DNA of 48,300 nt, taken from the IMG/VR virus record IMGVR_UViG_3300037790_000077; one strand, written 5' to 3'. Of the stretch, positions 1-7,198 are shown piece by piece. The stretch's first letter is position 1, and each line of letters begins with the position of its first letter. Under the pieces are notes generated by a model. The model saw nothing but the letters and a program-made list of their open reading frames with translations. It was not told the DNA's origin and did not search any database. The DNA comes from a virus. Both the position numbers and the translations under genes were made by a program.

Positions 1-11
1 ACATTTTTTGT

Positions 12-40
12 TTGACGAGTGTGTTTTAACACACTTATTG
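12..40 (+). promoter_or_regulatory. Candidate sigma70-type promoter of the 67..4014 operon
   Basis: TTGACG at 12..17, a 17-nt spacer, then TTATTG at 35..40, about 27 nt upstream of the ATG at 67. The operator-like dyad 18..33 fills the spacer. Confidence 0.35.
18..33. promoter_or_regulatory. Operator-like dyad S4 (AGTGTGTTTTAACACA)
   Basis: One of four copies of AGTGYGYNWWAACAYW. TGTGT and ACACA form inverted arms. It lies between the -35 and -10 of the candidate promoter and is duplicated at 48191..48206. Confidence 0.5.
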
Positions 41-42
41 TC

Positions 43-59
43 CCTCCGATTTTCGGAGG
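43..59 (+). promoter_or_regulatory. 5'-UTR hairpin pairing the Shine-Dalgarno sequence with an upstream CCUCCG
   Basis: CCTCCG (43..48), loop ATTTT, CGGAGG (54..59). The 3' arm is the GGAGG ribosome-binding site of the ATG at 67. Confidence 0.4.
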
Positions 60-66
60 ACATCCC

Positions 67-192
67 ATGCCTGACTGGCTCCGCCATCCCGTCATCACCG
101 TGCCGCTCGAAGCGATCGGATTCGTGCTGTTTTTGTGCGCGCTGTGCGGCCCGATCGTGATCCTGGCCGTTCTGCAGGAGCCAACACCATGA
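67..192 (+). CDS. Small hydrophobic single-TM protein, 41 aa (not in the ORF track)
   Basis: ATG at 67 with GGAGGA 7 nt upstream. Product is MPDWLRHPVITVPLEAIGFVLFLCALCGPIVILAVLQEPTP. Third codon positions are GC-rich. The TGA stop overlaps the next ATG (ATGA at 189..192). Confidence 0.65.
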   Translation: MPDWLRHPVITVPLEAIGFVLFLCALCGPIVILAVLQEPTP

Positions 193-617
193 CCGACGAC
201 ACCCCCACCCCCGAACAGGACCCGTTCGCCGCCCATGCCGAGGCGGCCGGGCTGGGCCATGCCATGCACCCGCTCTCCAAGGACGGCGATCGGGCCTTGC
301 GCGCGATGTTCGCCGCCATCCGGCGCCTGGTGCGCGCGGAAACCGTCGCCGGCAACCTGACCCACGCCCAGATCGTCGCGGCCGCCATGCAGTTCGCCGG
401 CGACGCCGCACGCGGCGCCCTGCACGAGGCCGGCGCCGAACACATGAATGGCGACGAATACGGACAGATGGTGTGCTCCATCGTCGCGCCCCTGATGTTC
501 CCGGCGCCGGAAGCCGTGCGCATGGAGATCTGCACCAATCTCGTCATGGCCTTCACCCCGGAAGGACAGGCCCTGCGCACCGCCATGGCGCGCGCCACGT
601 CGGAGGGCACGGCATGA
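189..617 (+). CDS. Hypothetical protein, 142 aa
   Basis: In-frame part of track ORF 135..617. The start at 189 (MTDDTPTPEQ) was chosen because of the ATGA overlap with the upstream small ORF. Its stop overlaps the next ATG. Confidence 0.7.
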   Translation: MTDDTPTPEQDPFAAHAEAAGLGHAMHPLSKDGDRALRAMFAAIRRLVRAETVAGNLTHAQIVAAAMQFAGDAARGALHEAGAEHMNGDEYGQMVCSIVAPLMFPAPEAVRMEICTNLVMAFTPEGQALRTAMARATSEGTA

Positions 618-1183
618 CCGGAACATCCCCCGTCATTCTTCCCACCCCGCGCATCCGGGCCTTGCTGGACGGCCGCATGACGCAGTTGCGCATGCTGGGC
701 GCCGACCTGCAGCCGGGCGCCGGCATTGCCCCCGGTCATCTGCTCTGGGTGAAGGAAAACTGGCGCACATGGGACCGCCACGATGGGCTGATCCCGTCCC
801 GCATTCCGCGCGATGCCGCCATCTTCTTCGACACCGATGCCTGGCCCTACGAGATGCGCAAGCCCGGCCGCCGCCGTCGCGCGCTGGACATGTGCAAGCG
901 CATGTCGCGGCTCACGCTGAAGGTGACGGCCGTGCGGGTCGAGCGCCTGCAGGACATCAGCGCCGCGGATGCTCTGGCTGAGGGCGCATGCGGCAGCTGT
1001 CGCAACCTCGACACCGGCGAGGAGACGAGCGACGACAATGCGGCGCTCATGAACTTTGCGGGCCTATGGGACAACATCCACGCCGCCCGCGGCCAGGGCT
1101 GGCACACAAACCCCTGGGTCGCGGCCCTCACCGTCCAGACCATCCACGCCAATATCGGCGAGATCCGGGAGCATGCCGCATGA
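614..1183 (+). CDS. ASCH/PUA-like fold protein (hypothetical), 189 aa
   Basis: Track ORF 473..1183 trimmed to the ATG at 614 (ATGA overlap). The N-terminus ILPTPRIRALLDGRMTQLR ... LWVKENW resembles the ASCH-type motif (G-x-K/R-T-x-x-R followed by W-V-x-E). Confidence 0.6.
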   Translation: MTGTSPVILPTPRIRALLDGRMTQLRMLGADLQPGAGIAPGHLLWVKENWRTWDRHDGLIPSRIPRDAAIFFDTDAWPYEMRKPGRRRRALDMCKRMSRLTLKVTAVRVERLQDISAADALAEGACGSCRNLDTGEETSDDNAALMNFAGLWDNIHAARGQGWHTNPWVAALTVQTIHANIGEIREHAA

Positions 1184-2289
1184 CCCGCGCCCTTAACGCC
1201 CGCCTTGTCGGCATTGCCGGCGATCTTGAAACCTGCACCGCGCCCGACCGCGAGATCGATCTGGCGATCTGGTGGGAATTCGAAGGATCGGTGGACGCTT
1301 TCTTTGCCGATGATTTCGAACAGGCCATGCATGACGATCCCGTGCTGGCCATGAACACCGCCAATCCCCTCTGGCGCGCCGACACGACAAGCATTCCGCC
1401 CTACACCGCCTCATTCGATGCGGTGCTGGATCTGGTCGAGGCGCATGGCCATCCCCTTCGCTGCGAGCGGCGGCACAGGCATAACGGCCCGGCCGCGTGG
1501 ATCGTCTGGGAACCCTTCGGCCGCATCGGCCATCGCGCCCCGATCGACGGCCGCACCGAATGCATCGCCCTCCTGCAGGCCTTCATCCAGATGAAGGCCG
1601 CCTGGACGGGCCGAACGCTGGCCGACAAGGTCGATATCGCCAATGACTGCCGCCCCTTCCTCGAGGAGGTTTTGACCAGCTTCCGCGAGGGCGATTGCAT
1701 AACCACGGTCGAGAAGGCCCGCCGCGAGCTGCAGGACGCGAACGAGGCCATGCTGCGCAAGCTTGCTGGCGAAGCCGCGCCCGCATCGCCCGCCACCGGC
1801 GAAACCGGCCTCACCCCGCACGGCAATGCCATGCGCAAGGCCCGCGCCGGCCTCTTTTCCACACCTGACAGCGGCGGGGCAAACTGGGTGCGCCGGAGTT
1901 TCATCGATCCGGTCAAGGAAGAGCTGGGCGTGCCCTTCACCCCCAAACAGCCCGCACAGGACGCGCCGCCGGATCCCGGCCCCGCCGCCTTTGACCGGAT
2001 GCGGGAAACCCGGCCGGCCACGGCCCGCCGCTGGGTCGAGGCCAATCGCATCCTGGCCGAACACTTCACCCGCCCCGGCGCCCGCCCGTGCCGCTGGGCC
2101 GATCTGCGGATTGCGGAGGCCCTGGGCTGGACGCATTGCGCAGGCGTGCAGGATGACGGTGGCGGAATGATCAGCCTCTTTGCCGGCATGCCACCCTGGC
2201 AGTTCAGCGAGGATGCCATCCCCGAATTCACCCGCCGGCCCGAACTGATCTTCCAGAACCTGACGAGCGGGCGGGAGGATGCGGCATGA
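1180..2289 (+). CDS. Hypothetical protein, 369 aa
   Basis: Track ORF 988..2289 trimmed to the ATG at 1180 (ATGA overlap). It contains IPPYTASFDAVLDLVE and a C-terminal ALGW...IPEFT segment reminiscent of phage ABA-sandwich domains (weak recall). Confidence 0.7.
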   Translation: MTRALNARLVGIAGDLETCTAPDREIDLAIWWEFEGSVDAFFADDFEQAMHDDPVLAMNTANPLWRADTTSIPPYTASFDAVLDLVEAHGHPLRCERRHRHNGPAAWIVWEPFGRIGHRAPIDGRTECIALLQAFIQMKAAWTGRTLADKVDIANDCRPFLEEVLTSFREGDCITTVEKARRELQDANEAMLRKLAGEAAPASPATGETGLTPHGNAMRKARAGLFSTPDSGGANWVRRSFIDPVKEELGVPFTPKQPAQDAPPDPGPAAFDRMRETRPATARRWVEANRILAEHFTRPGARPCRWADLRIAEALGWTHCAGVQDDGGGMISLFAGMPPWQFSEDAIPEFTRRPELIFQNLTSGREDAA

Positions 2290-3368
2290 CCCAGATCGAA
2301 TGGACCCATCTGCCCGGCTTCAAGGGCGAAAGCTGGAACCCCATTGTCGGCTGTTCCGTCGTCTCGCCGGGCTGCACCAACTGTTACGCGATGAAGCAGG
2401 CCGGCCGCATCCTGCGGATGACCGACGGTCAGTCGCACTATGCCGGCACGGTTGCCGACAGCAAGGCCGGGCCCGTCTGGACCGGCAAGGTGGCCCGCGC
2501 CAGCGACAAGGCCTTCACCGCCCCGCTGCGGCGCCGGATCCCCACCTGCTATTTCGTCAACTCCATGGGCGATCTGTTTGCCGAGAACGTGCCCGACGAA
2601 TGGATCGACCAGGTCTTCGCCGTCATGGCGCTGTCGCCGCAGCACCGCTTCATCGTGCTGACGAAGCGGCCGGAGCGGATGCGGGAATACCTGCGGCCCA
2701 GACCGCAATGGGACTATAATCAGGGCGCCACCCCCTACCGCTACGGCAAGGCGATCCTGGCTGCCCGGGAGATTACCGGCTCGTACGCCTTTCCGTTGAA
2801 CGGCTGGCCCCTGCCCAATGTCTGGCTGGGCGTGTCCGTGGAAGACCAGGCCCGGGCCGACGAACGCATCCCGCTCCTGCTGACCACCCCGGCGGCCGTG
2901 CGCTTCATCTCGGCCGAGCCGCTGCTGGGTCCGGTGGATCTGGAAATGATCTGGATGCGACGGCCTGGCGAGCCGCCGACACCGCTTTCCAACAGGCTCG
3001 GTGACTATGTGCGTCCGCTTCGGGGAAACTTTACCGACTCGCCGAAGCTCGACTGGGTCATCTGCGGCGGCGAGAGCGGGCCGGATGCCCGATGGCTGCA
3101 TCCGAAGTGGGTTCGGTCTCTCAGGGATCAATGCGCCGCCGCGCAAGTGCCGTTCTTTTTCAAGCAATGGGGCGAATTCACCTACGAAACCCGCCCCGGC
3201 GTCGAGGTCGAACTTGCCGATCTGGCGCCCGGCGAAAGCGTGATCGCCGGGGATGGCGAGACCAATCACATAGCTTTCCGCCGAACGGGCAAGCGCGCCG
3301 CCGGACACCTTCTGGACGGTGTCGAACACTTCAACTGGCCAGCCGATCCGGCGGGGGCGCCGGCATGA
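2286..3368 (+). CDS. Phage Gp37/Gp68 family protein (DUF5131, three-Cys motif)
   Basis: N-terminus MTQIEWTHLPGFKGESWNPIVGCSVVSPGCTNCYA with C-x6-C-x2-C, typical of the family. ATGA overlaps at both ends. Confidence 0.85.
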   Translation: MTQIEWTHLPGFKGESWNPIVGCSVVSPGCTNCYAMKQAGRILRMTDGQSHYAGTVADSKAGPVWTGKVARASDKAFTAPLRRRIPTCYFVNSMGDLFAENVPDEWIDQVFAVMALSPQHRFIVLTKRPERMREYLRPRPQWDYNQGATPYRYGKAILAAREITGSYAFPLNGWPLPNVWLGVSVEDQARADERIPLLLTTPAAVRFISAEPLLGPVDLEMIWMRRPGEPPTPLSNRLGDYVRPLRGNFTDSPKLDWVICGGESGPDARWLHPKWVRSLRDQCAAAQVPFFFKQWGEFTYETRPGVEVELADLAPGESVIAGDGETNHIAFRRTGKRAAGHLLDGVEHFNWPADPAGAPA

Positions 3369-3778
3369 AAGAGGCTGTCGTTTTTACGGTCTGGGATCGC
3401 GCCGGGGCAACACCCTACCTTACCCGCGTCATTCTCGGCCGTCTGCGCATTCACATCTTCCATCGCGGCGATGCCGACGCGGATCCGCACGATCACCCGG
3501 CCGACTTCTGGACCTTCCCGCTGGTCTCCTATGTCGAGGAATACCTCGACAAGGCTGGGCTGCGCCGGCGGCGCGTCGTCAAAGCCTTCCGGCTTCATCG
3601 CCGCCGGGCCGAACATGCGCACCGCGTGATCGGCTCCGCCGTCGACGAAAACCGGCCGATTGTCACGCTCGTCTGGTGGGGCCGGAAACGCCGCGAATGG
3701 GGCTTCCACACACCCGCAGGCTGGGTGCACTGGAAGCGCTATCACGGCCTTGAGAACGCCGGAGACCACCAGCCATGA
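3365..3778 (+). CDS. Hypothetical protein with an HDHP motif, 137 aa
   Basis: Track ORF 3092..3778 trimmed to the ATG at 3365 (ATGA overlap). Contains IHIFHRGDADADPHDHPADFWTF, a conserved-looking metal-site-like motif. Confidence 0.75.
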   Translation: MKEAVVFTVWDRAGATPYLTRVILGRLRIHIFHRGDADADPHDHPADFWTFPLVSYVEEYLDKAGLRRRRVVKAFRLHRRRAEHAHRVIGSAVDENRPIVTLVWWGRKRREWGFHTPAGWVHWKRYHGLENAGDHQP

Positions 3779-4014
3779 CAGCCGCCGCCCCGGTCACCAT
3801 CGAACGCCTGGACGCCGGCCTGGACACGCTGGCGCGGCTGATCGACATGGGCGAGGCTCAATACCTGCCCCTGTTCGAACGCCTTGAGCGGGAACTCGCC
3901 GCCCTCCAGACCGGCAACACCGCGGCCGAGCGCGCCGCACGGCGGGCGGCTAGCCTTCCAGGAAGTCCAGGAGCGCCGGGTCGTAAGGCAGCTCGATCCG
4001 CTTCAGCAGTTTGA
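3775..4014 (+). CDS. Hypothetical small protein, 79 aa, last gene of the operon
   Basis: ATGA overlap at 3775. The last 65 nt overlap the 3' end of the convergent integrase gene. Confidence 0.55.
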   Translation: MTAAAPVTIERLDAGLDTLARLIDMGEAQYLPLFERLERELAALQTGNTAAERAARRAASLPGSPGAPGRKAARSASAV

Positions 4015-5323
4015 GCCGGTAATCCAGCGTTCCGCCGGATCCGTATTCCGGCCGGTTGATCGTGTGCCCCATCAGCAGGCGCCGCATCTCATCGCCCACG
4101 CCCGCCTCTTTCAGCCGGTCCTCGAATGCATGGCGGGCGGAATAGACGCGATGGTCTTCGCTGGGTAGCAATGCGCGCCGGCGCAGATGCTTCATCATCA
4201 TGTTCGAGAACGCGGTTTCCTTGTCGCGATAGTGCTCGAACCCCTGCGGAAACCGCTTCATCGCTTCCAGCGCAATCCCGACCAGGGGTATGACGCGCAC
4301 GCTCGACTCGGTCTTGATCTGCCGGGCCTCGTCAAAGTCGACGGCAATGTGCGGGATCTCCGCATCCAGCCGGATCCGCGCCGGCAGGATATTGCAGATC
4401 TCCGACGGCCGGCATCCCGTTTCCAGCACGATCAGGAAGATGGCGGCAGCATCGCGCCGGATGGCGCGCGGGTGCTCCCGCGTGGCGGCATAGGCATCCG
4501 CCCGCAACAGACGGTCGCGGATCCACGCCTGGCTGAAAGGCCGCACCTGTTTGCGCTTGCGCTTGGGATCGGCAAAGGTCAGCCCGTCGAACGGGTTTTC
4601 CAGATCGGCCTTGCCCTCGCGCTGGGCGATCTCGCGCCACAGCTTGCGCATATTGCCCAGATCCCGGTTCGCCGAATTGCCCGACCTGCCGGCCGCAATG
4701 CGCGCCTGCCACCAGTCGCGAAAGACCAGGGCGTCCGCCCGGTCGATATCCCAGATGGATTTATCGGTGCACAGGGCGATGAAATTATTGATGGCCCGGC
4801 GCTTCACTTTCTTGAAATCCGCGATCTGTTTCGGGCTCTTCCCGTCCAGCTCGTCGGGCGCGATCTTGTCCAGATAGATCTCCAGCGCCCGCGAAACCTT
4901 CATGGCGGGCGCAGGAGCGCCGCCCAGGGCCGCGTCGGCGGTGCGGCGAAGCTCGGCACCCCCTTTGCCCTCCAGCGCCTCCAGACGCTCGAGAATCGCA
5001 CCGGTCGGCGCATTGTCGGTCAGATCCTCCAGCGATCGCCAGCTGAAGCCCAGCGCCTTGGCACGCGAGCGGGCCGCGTCATAGCGCAGCTGCAGCCTGT
5101 CCGAACCGCGCGCCTCGAGGAGAGACCGCCAGTACGCCTCGTCGGCCTCCGCCATGGCATCGCGCACGCGGCGCGCCGCCTCCAGCGAGTCGGTGCCGAT
5201 CGCCTCCTCGATCATCCCGCGCGAATCGAGGTGCGACACCTTCAGCGGCACACGCCGCCGATAGACATAGCGGCCCTCACGGACCTTCAGATACCGGTTG
5301 TCGCGCTTCAATGATCCCCTCAC
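3950..5323 (-). CDS. int: Tyrosine recombinase / phage integrase
   Basis: 457-aa ORF. The C-terminal catalytic region has SARHAFEDRL and LLMGHTINRPEYGSGGTLDY (R, H-x-x-R, Y signature). GTG start at 5323. It is adjacent to an AT-rich attP-like region. Confidence 0.9.
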   Translation of the reverse strand: MRGSLKRDNRYLKVREGRYVYRRRVPLKVSHLDSRGMIEEAIGTDSLEAARRVRDAMAEADEAYWRSLLEARGSDRLQLRYDAARSRAKALGFSWRSLEDLTDNAPTGAILERLEALEGKGGAELRRTADAALGGAPAPAMKVSRALEIYLDKIAPDELDGKSPKQIADFKKVKRRAINNFIALCTDKSIWDIDRADALVFRDWWQARIAAGRSGNSANRDLGNMRKLWREIAQREGKADLENPFDGLTFADPKRKRKQVRPFSQAWIRDRLLRADAYAATREHPRAIRRDAAAIFLIVLETGCRPSEICNILPARIRLDAEIPHIAVDFDEARQIKTESSVRVIPLVGIALEAMKRFPQGFEHYRDKETAFSNMMMKHLRRRALLPSEDHRVYSARHAFEDRLKEAGVGDEMRRLLMGHTINRPEYGSGGTLDYRLKLLKRIELPYDPALLDFLEG

Positions 5324-5331
5324 GCGCCAGA

Positions 5332-5364
5332 TTGTGTGGCACGGTGTAGGGCGTTTTGTGTGGC
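5332..5364 (+). repeat. Two direct TTGTGTGGC motifs (5332..5340, 5356..5364), candidate integrase arm-type sites
   Basis: Exact 9-mers 24 bp apart. An inverted degenerate copy (CAGACACAA) lies at 5376..5384. Confidence 0.5.
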
Positions 5365-5380
5365 ATTTTCAAGCCCAGAC

Positions 5381-5409
5381 ACAAAAAATCCGCGCTCCGG
5401 GCGCGGATT
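5381..5409 (-). terminator. Intrinsic-terminator-like hairpin between attP core and int
   Basis: A 9-bp stem AATCCGCGC/GCGCGGATT (5387..5395 with 5401..5409) and a 5-nt loop. On the minus strand the stem runs directly into a run of eight T (complement of 5381..5388, the first two forming the stem end). An A/T-rich tract also follows on the plus strand. Confidence 0.5.
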
Positions 5410-5517
5410 ATTCAATCATTACAAGTATTAGTGACTTTAGTGTTGGTGCGGTCGAGACGAACCACCCGGCGCATTCATGTTATATATATCATTTACTTAA
5501 TCCCATTCCCGCCAAAT

Positions 5518-5550
5518 TTGTGTGGCGTTTTGTGTGTTGATTTGTGTGCC
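5518..5550 (+). repeat. Three tandem TTGTGTG(G/T/C)N motifs with 12-bp period, candidate arm-type sites
   Basis: TTGTGTGGC 5518..5526, TTGTGTGTT 5530..5538, TTGTGTGCC 5542..5550. Confidence 0.5.
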
Positions 5551-5631
5551 TTTTCGCCCCTTCCCGCACCACTCTTTTAGCGCGCCCTGCAGCACTGGCT
5601 CAAGCACGGCCGCAGTGTTACCGTCCGGCGC

Positions 5632-6105
5632 ATGCAGACGTTCGCCGACAGCCCCGATGCCATCCGCGCCGACACACCCGCCCTGCCCGACCGGGACGGG
5701 TTCGAGCACGGTTTCACCTATCTCGATTTCGGCGATGCGGCGCTGAACCAACCCCTGCGCGTCGACGCGCTGTCGGCCGGGCCGTTCATGATCCATCACC
5801 TGGTGCGTCCGGACGGCTCGCTTATCGAGGATAGCGGGTTCGGGATCACGCTGGATCCCGGCGGCAAGCTCTTCCATTGGGGCCGGGTCTATTTCCCCCG
5901 GTTGGACGACGCCCTGGCGCTTGTCGATCGGCTGATCGCTATCGGAATTCCCTGGTATGAGCGCCCGCTCGTCAAATCGGAAATGCCGTTGATCCGCCAG
6001 ATATGGGAAGAGGCCCATGCGGCCGGACAACTGGCCGACGGCGCACGCCTGCCGGCGAACTGGCCCGCCTTCCATGAAGGCGACCGCTCCGGAATGGTCT
6101 CCTAA
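5632..6105 (+). CDS. Hypothetical protein, 157 aa (accessory island)
   Basis: Track ORF with strongly GC-rich third positions and normal amino-acid composition. Its TAA stop interlocks with the TAG stop of the convergent gene (CTAA at 6102..6105). Confidence 0.7.
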   Translation: MQTFADSPDAIRADTPALPDRDGFEHGFTYLDFGDAALNQPLRVDALSAGPFMIHHLVRPDGSLIEDSGFGITLDPGGKLFHWGRVYFPRLDDALALVDRLIAIGIPWYERPLVKSEMPLIRQIWEEAHAAGQLADGARLPANWPAFHEGDRSGMVS

Positions 6106-6764
6106 CCCGGGCCCCGCTCGACGATCGCAAGCTGATCGTCCGGCAGCGGGCGCTGCAGCGCGACGCTGTCCTCTCCGCCGGCCAGCCAGCGGCGACAGTC
6201 CGCCGGATCCGTCAGGATCACGGGCATCGCCTTGGGATGGATCGGCACGACCACTTCATTCGGCTCGGTCGTGAGGAAGGCGTAGAGGCGCCAATCTCGC
6301 TCGACGCGCTGGCGTCTGGATTTTCCGGGTACCTCGGCCAGCCGCTCACCCTTCCACGGCCGCCAGATGCCGGCGAACCAGGCCAGCTCTTGCCCGGGCA
6401 CCGCGAACCAGGCGTTGCGGCGCCCCTGGATCGGCTCGGCGAAGCGGGTGAAGGGTACGAGGCAGCGGTAGTCCGGCTGCAGCAGGCATTCGCCGTTCAC
6501 GCGCCGCCACCAGTTCGAGGACAGATTGCGGATGTTGGTGATGGGCGCCTTGCCCCGACCGGCCGGCGGGAGGCCCCAGCGCATCGAGGACAGCTGCGCC
6601 GCCTCGCCTACCGTGTGGATCACAACCCCGTCCTGGTCCGGATAGATTTTCGGGAGGCCCGCGAAATTGCCTGTTGCCGGTTCGGTCGCGATATCCAGAC
6701 CCAGCTGCCGCACCGCGGCGCGGACGGCATCGAGGCCGGTATCCATGGAGTAGAGATTGCACAT
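6102..6764 (-). CDS. SOS-response-associated peptidase (SRAP, YedK/HMCES family) abasic-site processing protein
   Basis: 220 aa starting MCNLYS (catalytic Cys2). Family-typical blocks MRWGL, NIRN and AGIW are present. Confidence 0.9.
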   Translation of the reverse strand: MCNLYSMDTGLDAVRAAVRQLGLDIATEPATGNFAGLPKIYPDQDGVVIHTVGEAAQLSSMRWGLPPAGRGKAPITNIRNLSSNWWRRVNGECLLQPDYRCLVPFTRFAEPIQGRRNAWFAVPGQELAWFAGIWRPWKGERLAEVPGKSRRQRVERDWRLYAFLTTEPNEVVVPIHPKAMPVILTDPADCRRWLAGGEDSVALQRPLPDDQLAIVERGPG

Positions 6765-6774
6765 GCCGCCGACC

Positions 6775-7107
6775 TTAGCCCGAAATCAGCGGGCGCCATA
6801 CCCCGCCGACATGGCCCTGAAAAACCATGTGACCATTGCAGTCCCAGCGCTTGCAGCGCGGATGCATGTCGATCGGCGAGCCCGCCCGGCCGCGCGCCCA
6901 GATCAGCACATCCAGGTCGGCCCGCAGGATCACGTCACAGCTTCGGCAGGTCAGCCGCAGCGGCAGGCCTCGGCGCTGGATTTCGCCGAAGGACCGGTAG
7001 GGCTCGAGCCAGATTTTGGTGACGTTCCGCGGGGCCATGGGTGCGGAACATTTGCGGAACACCGGGCCGGTGTCAATCGGCGGCACACCGGGAGGGACGC
7101 CAGCCAT
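6775..7107 (-). CDS. Hypothetical Cys-rich (zinc-ribbon-like) protein upstream of the SRAP gene
   Basis: Contains LTCRSCD ... RCKRWDCNGH. It lies 10 nt upstream of the SRAP start. The start is uncertain (alternative ATG at 7038). Confidence 0.55.
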   Translation of the reverse strand: MAGVPPGVPPIDTGPVFRKCSAPMAPRNVTKIWLEPYRSFGEIQRRGLPLRLTCRSCDVILRADLDVLIWARGRAGSPIDMHPRCKRWDCNGHMVFQGHVGGVWRPLISG

Positions 7108-7198
7108 CCCGTTCCCCTGTTACGCGCGCTGAATTCGTGTATGGTGATCACATCAGGGCAGGTCATCAGGACCGCCCGACAGGTCAAGGAGACCGGAA

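Larger units (their letters stand above)
1..127. repeat. Left copy of the exact 127-bp terminal overlap (circular closure)
   Basis: Identical base for base to 48174..48300. Confidence 0.95.
5324..5631. other. Candidate attP region
   Basis: The lowest-GC stretch of the genome (5409..5510, includes TATATATAT) is flanked by repeated TTGTGTGGC-type motifs on both sides and lies directly upstream of int. Confidence 0.55.

Noticed and set aside
1-127. Interpreting the 127-bp terminal repeat as a genuine phage direct terminal repeat.
   Set aside because: The repeat cuts through a promoter and a small ORF, and the phage encodes a lambda GpA-type terminase (cohesive-end packaging). An assembly overlap of a circular contig is the simpler explanation. 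This is left testable in the findings.
1401-3329. Very long ORFs antisense to the annotated genes. Examples: 1401..3329 (-), 12354..13829 (+), 14943..17249 (+), 17331..18677 (+), 19793..21061 (+), 21459..22628 (+), 23731..25065 (+), 26304..27440 (+), 28211..29689 (+), 29855..31651 (+), 32949..34298 (+), 33535..35430 (+), 37085..39913 (+), 40542..41966 (+), 42163..43467 (+).
   Set aside because: Their products are Arg/Gly/Pro/Ala-rich low-complexity strings with no motifs. Each mirrors a gene on the other strand that has recognisable domains, RBSs and coupled junctions. Stop-poor antisense frames are expected in GC-rich DNA.
5443-5473. TGGTGCGGTCGAGACGAACCACCCGGCGCA in the attP core, which at first glance looks like the reverse complement of a tRNA 3' end (TGG + acceptor + T-arm).
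   Set aside because: When folded as acceptor/T-arm the T-loop would be GGTGGTT or TTCGTCT and the T-stem has mismatches, so no register gives a canonical TTCGAAT-type loop. It may still be the attB-identical core, but it is not demonstrably tRNA-derived.
7108-7198. A search for an alphaproteobacterial LexA box (GTTC-N7-GTTC or GAAC-N7-GAAC) upstream of the SRAP operon, and the GTGATCAC palindrome there.
   Set aside because: Only GTTC-N4-GTTA is present, which has the wrong spacing. The 8-bp palindrome is short and unsupported by a second copy.
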